DNA of 64,000 nucleotides from an uncultured Pseudomonadota bacterium (lineage in GTDB: Bacteria; Myxococcota_A; Polyangia; Fen-1088): positions 128,001 to 192,000 of the forward strand of contig CAWKBC010000034.1 of the NCBI GenBank assembly GCA_963847705.1, read 5' to 3'. The position numbers were made by a program, and so were the translations under genes. The notes below the pieces were generated by a model that saw only the letters and a program-made list of their open reading frames with translations, ran no database searches and had not been told where the DNA came from. Below are positions 53,051-62,213 of this stretch, piece by piece; position 1 is the stretch's first letter; each line of letters starts with the position of its first letter.

Positions 53051-53243
53051 GCGTGGCGCGAGTGCTCTGCGCGGAAGCCATCTGGGCCGAGCTCGACGGT
53101 CGACGACCACCCGGGCCCGTCCCGAAAAAATCACGTCTTCTTGGCAAACTGCGATTGCCTTAACTCAGCCGTCTGATACGGATGGTCGATGAAAATTCGA
53201 CCGTCTTCCCTTCGCCGCGCCCCGCCGCGCCGGGCGTGGTTGG

Positions 53244-54011
53244 TCAGACGCCGCCGTACCACTCGTAGCCCTGGTCGCTCCAGTAGCCGCCGTTCCGCTC
53301 GGGCAGGAAGAGGATGCGGGTCAGGTACTTGGTGTTCTTGTAGCCGAGCTTGACCGGCGAGTAGACGCGCGCCGGGGCGCCGAAGGCCGGGCCCAGGGGC
53401 GCGCCGTCCTGGCCGTAGACGATCAGCGTCTGCGGGTGGAGGGCGCTCTCGAGGTCCCAGCTCTCGTGATAGTCATCGTCGAAGGACTGGAAGTCGACGT
53501 AGCGCGCGTCGGGCGAGAGGCCCACGCGGCGGGCCAGCTCGCTGAGCTGCACGCCGGTCCTGACGGAGACGGCCGACCAGCCCTCGACGCAGAAGTGCTC
53601 GAGGCGCAGCTCGGTCCGCGGCAGGCGCATGAGGTCGCCGAGCGTGAGGCGCAGCGGGTGAGCCACCGCGCCGCCGATCTCCAGCCGCCAGACGCCGCGC
53701 TCCTTCTCGTCCCAGGTCGGGACCGCGTCCGCGATGAAGTAGGAGGGGAAGGCCGCGCCGGCCAGTTGCGCGCCCGGCGGCGCGACGTTCATGGCGGTGT
53801 GGCGGAAGAGCGCCCGCTCGAGCTTTTCGTTGAAGCGCTCGGAGGCGGCCAGGAGACCGGCGGCGCTCTTCGGGCCTTTGGAGTCGCAGCCGGCGAGCGC
53901 GAGCGCGGTCAACGCGCCAGCGCCGGTGATGAGACTGGCGCCGAGGAAGGTCCGGCGATCGATCCCCAGCCTCTCTGCGGCGTGGCGCGGCGGCAGCCAG
54001 AGCTTGCTCAC
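53244..54011 (-). CDS. MsrP/YedY-like molybdopterin oxidoreductase (Tat-exported lipoprotein)
   Basis: DRRTFL twin-arginine motif, lipobox LAGC, HFCVEGWS Mo-ligand Cys, GAP.R..P.KLGYK..KY, GGYW.DQGY.W. Confidence 0.88.
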   Translation of the reverse strand: MSKLWLPPRHAAERLGIDRRTFLGASLITGAGALTALALAGCDSKGPKSAAGLLAASERFNEKLERALFRHTAMNVAPPGAQLAGAAFPSYFIADAVPTWDEKERGVWRLEIGGAVAHPLRLTLGDLMRLPRTELRLEHFCVEGWSAVSVRTGVQLSELARRVGLSPDARYVDFQSFDDDYHESWDLESALHPQTLIVYGQDGAPLGPAFGAPARVYSPVKLGYKNTKYLTRILFLPERNGGYWSDQGYEWYGGV

Positions 54012-54018
54012 GACCTCT

Positions 54019-54966
54019 TCACGACGTCTTGGGTGGCTCTGAGACCGGCGGTTTGGGCGGCCCGGGCGGCGCCGGCGGATCTCCGGCTGGCGGTTCGGGG
54101 TGGGCCGGTTCGCCAGGAGACCTCGGCGGCGGCGGCTCGCTCTCCGGCTGCGGCGGGTTTCGCGGCTCCGTCACCGGCGGATTCTCCGCCGGCGGATCGA
54201 TCGGAGGCGGCGTTTCCGGCACCTCCCCGGAGGTCGCCGCAACCGACCCCGTCGCGGCGGCGTGCGGCCCGGCCCGCAGGTTCACGAACGGACGCGCGTT
54301 GCGCGCTTCGGGCGACTTCGATTCGTCGTAGCCGCCCGTGGTGATGGAGCGCAGCGAATAGGGATCGACCGCGAACACCATGAAGACATGCCCCAGCGTG
54401 AGCGCCACGAGAGCCAGCATAACCACGAAGTGCCAGTAGCGCGCCCAGACGTAGCCGCCCAGCAGATGTGTGAGCGGCGCCAGCTGCACCGGTTTCCAGA
54501 TCGCGACGCCCGAAATGACCGCCGCGGCGGCCACCCAGGGGAGCGCAAAATAGACGCTCCGCTGAAGCGCGTTGTGCTTCCCCTGGCGCGGGTGGACCTT
54601 TCGCCGCCCGAGATAGAACCTCACCATCTCCAGCGAGTCGCGGATGAGGCCGCGGCGGGGAACCAGATCGCGCCATTCACCGTGCAGGTAGATGAAGCCG
54701 AGATAGACGAGGCCGTTGACGACCAGCACCCACATGACCGCGAAGTGCCAGTGGCGCGCGCCGGCCAGCCAGCCGCCGAAGGTCAACCAGGCGGGGATGG
54801 CGTCGCCTTCGAACGGGTAACAGCAGAACGACTCCCCCTTGCGCGCGAACGCCGGGTAGGCGTTGAAGATGCGCAGGCCGCTGCCGATCATGATCACCAG
54901 CGCCAGCGCGTTCACCCAGTGGGTGAGGCGGACGATCCAATGATGGCGGGGGGTCGTCGTTTTCAT
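54019..54966 (-). CDS. Cytochrome b/b6-like membrane subunit (partner of the Mo enzyme)
   Basis: VRLTHWVN, GGWLAGARHWHF, HNALQR, ARYWHF, GHVFMV; Pro-rich tail. Confidence 0.88.
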   Translation of the reverse strand: MKTTTPRHHWIVRLTHWVNALALVIMIGSGLRIFNAYPAFARKGESFCCYPFEGDAIPAWLTFGGWLAGARHWHFAVMWVLVVNGLVYLGFIYLHGEWRDLVPRRGLIRDSLEMVRFYLGRRKVHPRQGKHNALQRSVYFALPWVAAAAVISGVAIWKPVQLAPLTHLLGGYVWARYWHFVVMLALVALTLGHVFMVFAVDPYSLRSITTGGYDESKSPEARNARPFVNLRAGPHAAATGSVAATSGEVPETPPPIDPPAENPPVTEPRNPPQPESEPPPPRSPGEPAHPEPPAGDPPAPPGPPKPPVSEPPKTS

Positions 54967-55032
54967 GTGCGCCTGCCGGGGGGCCACGAGGACGGGCGAG
55001 GTCCCCGATGAGATCGGCAAGTTGCGCGTGAG

Positions 55033-55206
55033 CTACTTGGCGTCTTCTCCGCTCATGCCACCCATTCCGCCCTCCTTCTTCTTCTTCTTCTTCGACTTCT
55101 TCTTGGTCTCTCCGCTGGCGCCGCCCATGCCTTCGGCGTGAGCGATCGTCCACGAGGTCGGCAGCAGTACCGCGAGCGTCAGAAACATTGCGCGAATCAA
55201 CTTCAT
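55033..55206 (-). CDS. Small secreted Lys/Gly/Met-rich peptide (copy 1)
   Basis: AAGGAG RBS; MKLIRAMFLTLAVLLPTSWTIAHA-EGMGGASGETKKKSKKKKKKEGGMGGMSGEDAK. Confidence 0.8.
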   Translation of the reverse strand: MKLIRAMFLTLAVLLPTSWTIAHAEGMGGASGETKKKSKKKKKKEGGMGGMSGEDAK

Positions 55207-55309
55207 GGTCATCTCCTTTGTTTCGTTTGTGACAAGGCGATCCAAATGGATCGCAATTGTCACTATAGGATCAAAGGAGGTCGATTGCGTAAGGAAGGCG
55301 CATTGCAAA

Positions 55310-55352
55310 GCCGGAGGTCATCGGGGACCGTGAGATCCCCGACGCCATCGGC
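55310..55352. terminator. GC-rich hairpin between the two peptide genes
   Basis: gccg..gg.c.tcgggga...tccccgacgccatcggc imperfect inverted repeat; only a short U-tract on the minus strand. Confidence 0.4.
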
Positions 55353-55362
55353 ATCTTGCGCG

Positions 55363-55539
55363 CTACTCCCCCTTCTTCTCGTCGCCCATGTCGCCCGAAC
55401 CGCCCGTGCCGCCCTTCTTCGACTTCTTCTTGCTCTTCTTCGACGGGCTCGAGCCGCCCGTGCCTTCGGCGTGGGCGATCGTCCACGAGGTGGGCAACAA
55501 CACGGCGAGCGTGAAGAACAGTGCGCGAATCAGTTTCAT
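55363..55539 (-). CDS. Small secreted Lys/Gly-rich peptide (copy 2)
   Basis: AAGGAG RBS; MKLIRALFFTLAVLLPTSWTIAHA-EGTGGSSPSKKSKKKSKKGGTGGSGDMGDEKKGE. Confidence 0.8.
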   Translation of the reverse strand: MKLIRALFFTLAVLLPTSWTIAHAEGTGGSSPSKKSKKKSKKGGTGGSGDMGDEKKGE

Positions 55540-55600
55540 GGTGGTCTCCTTGTCTCGTTTGTTGGGACGCGGTCCGTTTGGACGCGCCCGACAATATGAG

Positions 55601-58300
55601 TCACCGGAGATCGAAGTCGTAGGGGAGACGCGCCGCAAATCCGGACCCGTTACCTTGAACCAGGAACGGCGCCAGCAGCCGCAGCGCTGCGCGCGCGTCG
55701 TCGGTCAGCAGCCTCGCCGGCGGCGCGACCGTCGGACCGATCAGCGGAGCGGACTCTTGCGGCGACTGCTCGTCTGAATCGGCCGCCGCGTCGACCAGTG
55801 AGCCGGCGGCCGGCCCACCTTCGGCCGGCCCACCTTCGGCCGGCCCACCTTGGGCCGACCCGCTTTCCAGCACCGAGGCCGCGCCCGCCAGCCGGCGCAA
55901 CAGGCCCCTCTGCTCGACCGGCAGCAGCGCCAGCTCCGGAAGCCGGTCGCGCCCGAGCGGCACACCGCCCAGGCGCGCTGCTTCATCGACCGCCGCCGAG
56001 ACACCGCCCAGCCGGTCGACCAGCCCCAGCTGCTGCCCCTGCGCGCCGGTCCAGATGTGCCCGCGGCCGAGCTCGTCGACCCGCGCGGCGGTGAGCCCGC
56101 GCGTGCGGCGCCCGTCGGCCACCGTCGCCACGAACAGCTGATAGAGGTGCTGAATCTGCTGCTCGGCCAGCGCGCGCTCGTCCTTGGTCCAGGGCCGGTA
56201 GGGCGACAGGAAGTCGGCGTGAGCCCCCCGCCGATAGGTCTCGACGTTGATCCCCAGCGTCCCCAGCAGCTTCTGGCCGTCGACCTTGTAGCCGAACACA
56301 CCGATCGATCCGGTCGTCGTCGAGGGCTCCGCGTAGATGACGTCGGCTGGCGCGGCGATGTAATAGCCGCCCGAGGCCGCCAGGTCGCCCATCGAGACGA
56401 CGATCGGCTTGCCAGCCTCGCGCACTTTCTTGATCTCGCGGGCGAGGACGTCCGAGGCGAAGGCCGAGCCGCCCGGGCTGTTCACCCGCAGGACGACCGC
56501 GGCGATGGTCGGGTCCCGCCGGCACTGCTCGAGCGCCGCGCCCAGCGTGTCGGAGCCGGCGAAGGCGCCCAGCCCGAACGGCAGCTCCGTGTTGGGGCCG
56601 TCGACCATCGTGCCGTCGACGAACAGCACGGCGACGCGGCGGCCCGGCCAGGCGGCCGGCGCCGGTGGAGAGGGATCAGGATCGCGCAGCTTGAGGCTGG
56701 CGCGGCCGAGCGCGTGCTGGACGAACGGCTCCAGATCCCCCTCGGCGGCGACGGCGTCGGCCAGCCCCGCCAGGTTGGCGTCGCCCGCCGAGAAGATGCC
56801 CCGGTCGATGAGGCCACGGACGATCGTGGCGTCCATCGGGTGGCCGGCGCGCGTGCGGTCGGTGGCGATCGCGGCCGTCAGGCGGGTGTAGATGTCGTCG
56901 AGCAGCTGGTTCTTGTTCTCGCGCACCGCCGGCGACTGCTCCGTCATCACGAACGGCTCCATCGCCCCCTTGAACGCCCCGACGCGCACCAGCTCCAGGC
57001 GGACGCCCAGGCGGTCCATGCCCTCCTTGTAAAAGGTGACGTTGCTGGCGACGCCGGTCACCGCCAGCTCGCCCGCGGGATGAATGAGGATGACGTCGCA
57101 GGCGGCGGCCAGGTAGTACTCGCGGGTCGACGGGAAGGTCAGGTAGCCGAAGGTTCGCTTGCCGTGCGCGCGCAAGAGCGCCACCAGGTCGCGCAGCTCC
57201 TCGAGGCGGGCGTAGCCGAGGTTGACCCCCTCGATCTTGAACAGCACGCCGGCCACGGCCGGATCGACCGCCAGCGCCCGCAGCCGGCGCACCAGCTGGA
57301 AGAAGTGACGATCGTCGTCGATCCCCTCGAGGCGCACGCGCGCGACATAGGCCGGCGCCGCCAGCGCTGGGCGCCGCTCGCCGTCGAGGTGGATGCGCCC
57401 GGCGATCCCGGCGCCGCTCCCGCCGGTGCTGGGAATGAGGATCGGGACGCCCACGACGGCGCCCAGGTGGTCGAAGTCGATCGCCAACCCGAAGGCGAGC
57501 CGGGTGTCGCTGCCGTCTCCGAAGGTCCCGCCCGTCCCCCGGGGGACGTTCTCCCCCTCGCCGTAGAGGCGAAGGCCGTCGACCAGGGTGACGGAGACGC
57601 GGGCGCGTGGCACCAGGCGATCCCAGTCGTCGGCGTTGGCGTGCGCGGCGCCGAGCGCCACCTCCAGCCGGGTGGTGCCGAGCGGTCGCAGCAGCAGCTC
57701 CGCCGTCCAGAGCCGCGGCAGCGTGGCACCGAAGGCGTTCGGGTGCGGCTGGCCGACATCCTCGACGGTGGCCCCGAGCGCGACGTAGCGCCCGGCGCGC
57801 GCCGAGAAGCCGAAGTCGAAGGTGTCGGCGCCGGCGAAGGAGCCATCCCAGATGTGCGCCCAGGAGACGCCCAGGGAGGCGTTGCGCAGGAAGTGCAGCG
57901 CGTAGGCGAGCTGCAGCGTCGTGTGCGCGTCGATCCCCACGGCGCTGGCGCCGATGACCCGCGACAGGCCCAGGCCCAGGGAGCTGCGCAGGAAGATCGG
58001 CAGGCCCAGGTAGGCGCCCAGGCCACGGCGGGGGACGACGGCGGGATCGGAGGCGTCGGCGCCGACCAGCTCCAGGCCGGCCGCCGGGAGAAATCCGAGC
58101 GCGCTCGGGTTCAGCTGGACGGCGGTGGCGTCGGCGTCGCCGGCGCGCGAACCGTCGGTGATGTAAGGCCCGCGGGTCGGCCGCAGCTCGGGATCGCTGG
58201 CCTGGGCCCGCGCCGGCCGCGCCGCCAGCAGCGGCAACGCCAGGAGCACCGCCAGAAGAGCGAGGACTCGACCACCGACGCCAGGAGGGCTCGAACGCAT
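55601..58300 (-). CDS. sppA: Signal peptide peptidase SppA (S49), long form with N-terminal barrel-like domain
   Basis: YYLAAACD, G.FKGA.EPF, LRVNSPGGS, VVSMG..AASGGYYIA, TGSIGV, GHIWTG.Q...GLVD. Confidence 0.92.
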   Translation of the reverse strand: MRSSPPGVGGRVLALLAVLLALPLLAARPARAQASDPELRPTRGPYITDGSRAGDADATAVQLNPSALGFLPAAGLELVGADASDPAVVPRRGLGAYLGLPIFLRSSLGLGLSRVIGASAVGIDAHTTLQLAYALHFLRNASLGVSWAHIWDGSFAGADTFDFGFSARAGRYVALGATVEDVGQPHPNAFGATLPRLWTAELLLRPLGTTRLEVALGAAHANADDWDRLVPRARVSVTLVDGLRLYGEGENVPRGTGGTFGDGSDTRLAFGLAIDFDHLGAVVGVPILIPSTGGSGAGIAGRIHLDGERRPALAAPAYVARVRLEGIDDDRHFFQLVRRLRALAVDPAVAGVLFKIEGVNLGYARLEELRDLVALLRAHGKRTFGYLTFPSTREYYLAAACDVILIHPAGELAVTGVASNVTFYKEGMDRLGVRLELVRVGAFKGAMEPFVMTEQSPAVRENKNQLLDDIYTRLTAAIATDRTRAGHPMDATIVRGLIDRGIFSAGDANLAGLADAVAAEGDLEPFVQHALGRASLKLRDPDPSPPAPAAWPGRRVAVLFVDGTMVDGPNTELPFGLGAFAGSDTLGAALEQCRRDPTIAAVVLRVNSPGGSAFASDVLAREIKKVREAGKPIVVSMGDLAASGGYYIAAPADVIYAEPSTTTGSIGVFGYKVDGQKLLGTLGINVETYRRGAHADFLSPYRPWTKDERALAEQQIQHLYQLFVATVADGRRTRGLTAARVDELGRGHIWTGAQGQQLGLVDRLGGVSAAVDEAARLGGVPLGRDRLPELALLPVEQRGLLRRLAGAASVLESGSAQGGPAEGGPAEGGPAAGSLVDAAADSDEQSPQESAPLIGPTVAPPARLLTDDARAALRLLAPFLVQGNGSGFAARLPYDFDLR

Positions 58301-58378
58301 CGCCGCCCGCGGAGTATAGTGCCCAAACCGCCAGCGAGAGCGAGCAACGGCGAGCAAAGAACCAGGACCAACGCGCAG

Positions 58379-59008
58379 ATGGACGCAGACACCACCAAGA
58401 GCTGGGATCGGCCCCCTTCCGACATCGCGCTGCCGGAGCTGTTCGAGCAGTGGCTGCCGGGAGCGTTCGCGGCGACCCGTCAGCGCGCGCCGGCGGGGAC
58501 GCCGCTCCTGCGGGTGACGGTCTCGGGCAGCGGGGGCGGCGCCTGGGAGCTGGCGCTCGAGGGCGATCGGCTCCGCGTGGAGCCGCCCGGGCGCGATTCG
58601 CCCGACATCTGGATCCGCCTCTCGGTCGCCGATCTGCGGCTGGTGCTGGGGGCCGCCGATCCCGACCTGCCGCCGATCGTCTCGGCCGACTGGTCGGCGC
58701 ACCACTTCCTGACCGTCAATCCGAACGAGATCGATCTGGTGCGGCAGATCTCCGGACGTCTATTGCTGGAGATCGAGGGGCGGCGGCGGCGGCGGTTCGC
58801 GCTCGACCTGGGGTTCGGCAAGGCGGGGGTCAGCGCCGGGCGGCCGCGCACCACGGTGCGCCTCGACGCCGCGACGTTCGAGGGGCTGCGCAGCGGCGCG
58901 CTTCCGCCGATGCAGCCGCTCATCGACGGACGGATCAAGCTCGAGGGCGATCGGGCGCTGGCGATGCAGCTAATGCTGCTGGTCGGGAGTCGGCTCGGCC
59001 GGCGCTGA
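58379..59008 (+). CDS. SCP2 sterol/lipid-binding domain protein
   Basis: C-terminal G.L.PM...DGRIKLEGDRALAMQL; a second SCP2-like half (SGSGGGAW..PDIWIRLS). Confidence 0.72.
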   Translation: MDADTTKSWDRPPSDIALPELFEQWLPGAFAATRQRAPAGTPLLRVTVSGSGGGAWELALEGDRLRVEPPGRDSPDIWIRLSVADLRLVLGAADPDLPPIVSADWSAHHFLTVNPNEIDLVRQISGRLLLEIEGRRRRRFALDLGFGKAGVSAGRPRTTVRLDAATFEGLRSGALPPMQPLIDGRIKLEGDRALAMQLMLLVGSRLGRR

Positions 59009-62000
59009 GGGCGCCGCTTTCTCGGAGGCGCCCTTGTCGTCGCTCTTGTCCTCGCCGCTTTGGTCGCCCTTGGGGCTTCGCTCGTCCGGGCGCTTGTCGT
59101 CGTGATCCTCCGGCCTGGCGGCCGGGCGCTCGCGCTCCGGCGCCTCGCCCGACGGCGGGGGAGACGCCTGCTCCGACGGCGGCGCAGCGGCTTCTGAGGG
59201 CGCGTCCGGCTGCGCCTCGACCGCCGCCGGCGCGGGGGTCGCCGTCGAGGCGGCCGCGCGATGGGCGTGGGAGGTGTGCTCGCGCTTGCTGTCGGTGGCC
59301 AGCGCGTGCCGCGCAGCGCTGAGGCCGTGGGTGAAGGTCGGATCGTCGGGACGCGTGGTCAGCGCCTTTTCGTACTCGGTGACCGCCTCGCCGTCCTCGC
59401 GCAGGGCGTGGAGGCACTCGGCCAGAAGCGCGTGCGCCTCGGCGTTGCCACCCGAAAACGCCACCACCTCGCGCGCCCAGCGGACCGCCTCGGTGTCCTT
59501 GTTGGCCGACAGCGCCGATTGCGCGCGCGTCCGCAGGGCGGCCACCAGCTCCGCCTCGCCACCGCCGTGGGCGTCGAGCGCCAGCGCGATCCGGTAGTGG
59601 GCGACGCCGGCCTCGATCTCGCCGCGATCGAGCTCCTCCTCGGCCGCCTTCACCAGCAGCCCCTTGGCGCGCGTCGCCAGGGTGTCGGCGATCGCGCTGC
59701 CGCCGTCGGCGCGCAGGCGCGCCAGCTGCTCTTGCAGCGCCGGGAGCTGCGCGAACCCGAACCCGCTCCCCATCATCCGCTCGACGTCGGCCACCCCGGA
59801 GCGCAGGCGCTGCGCCCGCCGCTCGGCGTCGCTCGGCTGGGCGGGCGCCGAGGTGGTCGCGAAGGCAGCGCCCGGCAGGGCGGCCGTCTGCGCCTGTGCG
59901 CTCCAGGGGAGCCTCCGGTAGATCGTCACCGCCGCGACGCCGACCAGCGCCAGCGCGGCGAACGTCCCCGCGTACCGCCAGCCGCCGCCCGCGTCGCGGG
60001 TCGCGCCGGCGCCGGTCGCGGCGGAAACGCCCAGGTCGTCGCCGCGGCCGCCGCGCTCCGCCTCCCAGGCCGGTGGCGGAACCGGCGAAGGCGCCCGGCG
60101 CGGCGCGGCCGGCGGGCTGTCGGCGCGCGGGTGCGTCCCGCCGGGGGCCTCGTCCGAGTACGAGATCTCCGGCACCACGCCGCGCTCCTGATCGTGCAGA
60201 CCCAGCATCTCGGAGACCGCGCGCGAGCGCCCGAACAGCGACTTCACCAGGTCGTATTCGAACTGCGCCATGCTCTGGTAGCGGTGCGCCGGATCGGCCT
60301 CGAGCGCGCGCACCACGATGCGGTCCAGCTCTTCGGGGACGTCGGCCTTGATCCCGCGCGGCGGGATCAGCTCCTTGTCGCGCGACATCTGGGGCGGCGA
60401 GCCGGAGACCATCTCGTAGATGAGCGCGCCCACCGAATAGATGTCGCTGCGCTGATCGACCGCGCCCCCCTCCGCCTGCTCGGGCGCCATGTACTCCGGC
60501 GTCCCCATCGCCACCCCTGGATTGGTGAGGCGGCGCGCGCGCCCCATGCTGCGGGCGATGCCGAAGTCGAGCACCTTGACGAAGTCGGCCTGGCCGTCGC
60601 GGGCGACCAGAAAGATGTTCTCCGGCTTGAGGTCGCGGTGGATGACGCCGGCCGCGTGCGCAGCGGCCAGCGCGCGGCAGATCTGGGTGGCGATCTTGCA
60701 GGCGCGCTCGGGGGCCAACCGCCGCTCGTGCGACAGCACGTCGGCCAGATCGATCCCGTCGAGGTGCTCCATCACGAAGTAGGCGCAGCCATCCTCGGTC
60801 TCGCCGAAGTCGGTCACGTCGATGATGTGCGGGTGGCCGATGCGGGAGGCGGCGCGCGCCTCGCGCCGGAACCGCTCGACCAGATCCTGCTGCGTCGAGT
60901 AGGCGGGGTGCAGGATCTTGATGGCCACGTCCTTGCCGATCTCCACGTGCTCACCCGCGTAGACGGTCCCCATCCCCCCTTCCCCGATCTTGCGGATCAC
61001 CCGGTAGCGGCTGTCGATCACCCGCCCGGTGAAGTCGACCCCCGTCGAATCGTCTTCCTTGGGGAACTGCAGCTTGGTGCTGCCCGATTCCAGCAACGAC
61101 AGCGGCACCGGCATGCGCGCCGACTGGCGCGGCGCAGGCGCGGGGAGCAGCGCCGCGCTCTCGGCCAGCAGCTTGTCGCGCTCGGCCCGCTCGTCCTTCG
61201 CGGTCGTGTCGTAGAGGCCGCGCAGGAAGTCGGCGGTCCGCTCGGCGTCGGCGCGCGGCGAGATCTGCGTGATGATGTCGGAGAGCGCCTTGCGCATCTC
61301 CTCGGCCGACTGGAACCGCGCCTCCCGGTCGGGCGCCAGCGCCCGCAACAGGAGCGCGTCGAGGTTGGGCGTGATCCAGGGGGCCTTCGACGAGGGGGGC
61401 TGCACGCGCGGGTGGCGCACCAGCGACATCGCCGTCGCGGGGTCGAGGTTGGCCAGCTGCAGATACTGGTTCCCGGTCACCAGCTCCCACAGCACGATCC
61501 CCAGGCTGTAGATGTCGGTGCGGGCGTCGGCGATCTCGCCGCGCGCCTGCTCGGGCGACAGATACGACGCCCGCCCGAACACCACGCCGGGGGCGGTGTT
61601 CTCTTGCTTGAGCACGCTGCGCGCCAGGCCGAAGTCGGTCAGCTTCACCTCGCCGAAGTAGCTGATGAGGATGTTGGGGGGCGCCACGTCGCGGTGGACC
61701 AGGCGCAGGTCGGCGTGCGAGTGGACGTAGGCCAGCGCGCGGCAGATCTCGCGCGCCACGTGCAGGGCGACGTCGAGCGGGATGCGGGTGCGGGTGCGGA
61801 CGCAGCGGTTCCAGATCTCGCGCAGGTCCTTCCCCTCGACCAGCTCCATCGCGATGAAGAACTCGCCGTCGACCTCGCCGGCGTCGAAGGTGGGGACCAG
61901 GTTGGCGTGCGAGAGACGCAGCACCACCTTGGCCTCGTCGAGAAAGCGATTGGACTTGGCGCGATCGTTCTTCTCCGCCAGCACCTTCTTGACGACGCAG

Positions 62001-62116
62001 AACTTCTGAAAGCCGGCCGCGCCGGCGGCAGCCAGAAAGATCGCACCCATCCCGCCGCGCGCCATCGGCTTGAGGAGCACGTACTTTCCGAATTTGAGCG
62101 GGTAAGTTTCCGCCAT
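58970..62116 (-). CDS. Tandem dual Ser/Thr protein kinase with TM segment and extracytoplasmic TPR region
   Basis: Kinase 1: GGMG, HRDVAPPN, DFGLA, YLSPEQ. Kinase 2: GEGGMG, VAIK, HRDLKPEN, DFGIA, GTPEYMAPEQ. TM segment then TPR-like helices. Confidence 0.93.
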   Translation of the reverse strand: MAETYPLKFGKYVLLKPMARGGMGAIFLAAAGAAGFQKFCVVKKVLAEKNDRAKSNRFLDEAKVVLRLSHANLVPTFDAGEVDGEFFIAMELVEGKDLREIWNRCVRTRTRIPLDVALHVAREICRALAYVHSHADLRLVHRDVAPPNILISYFGEVKLTDFGLARSVLKQENTAPGVVFGRASYLSPEQARGEIADARTDIYSLGIVLWELVTGNQYLQLANLDPATAMSLVRHPRVQPPSSKAPWITPNLDALLLRALAPDREARFQSAEEMRKALSDIITQISPRADAERTADFLRGLYDTTAKDERAERDKLLAESAALLPAPAPRQSARMPVPLSLLESGSTKLQFPKEDDSTGVDFTGRVIDSRYRVIRKIGEGGMGTVYAGEHVEIGKDVAIKILHPAYSTQQDLVERFRREARAASRIGHPHIIDVTDFGETEDGCAYFVMEHLDGIDLADVLSHERRLAPERACKIATQICRALAAAHAAGVIHRDLKPENIFLVARDGQADFVKVLDFGIARSMGRARRLTNPGVAMGTPEYMAPEQAEGGAVDQRSDIYSVGALIYEMVSGSPPQMSRDKELIPPRGIKADVPEELDRIVVRALEADPAHRYQSMAQFEYDLVKSLFGRSRAVSEMLGLHDQERGVVPEISYSDEAPGGTHPRADSPPAAPRRAPSPVPPPAWEAERGGRGDDLGVSAATGAGATRDAGGGWRYAGTFAALALVGVAAVTIYRRLPWSAQAQTAALPGAAFATTSAPAQPSDAERRAQRLRSGVADVERMMGSGFGFAQLPALQEQLARLRADGGSAIADTLATRAKGLLVKAAEEELDRGEIEAGVAHYRIALALDAHGGGEAELVAALRTRAQSALSANKDTEAVRWAREVVAFSGGNAEAHALLAECLHALREDGEAVTEYEKALTTRPDDPTFTHGLSAARHALATDSKREHTSHAHRAAASTATPAPAAVEAQPDAPSEAAAPPSEQASPPPSGEAPERERPAARPEDHDDKRPDERSPKGDQSGEDKSDDKGASEKAAPSAPAEPTPDQQH

Positions 62117-62213
62117 TGTCCGCTTGAGGCTCGCGATCGTAGGACATTCGCCGCCCAGACGCGAGCGGCCACCACTCAATCGCTCGAAGACGCTTACCCG
62201 GATGAGCTTGCCG

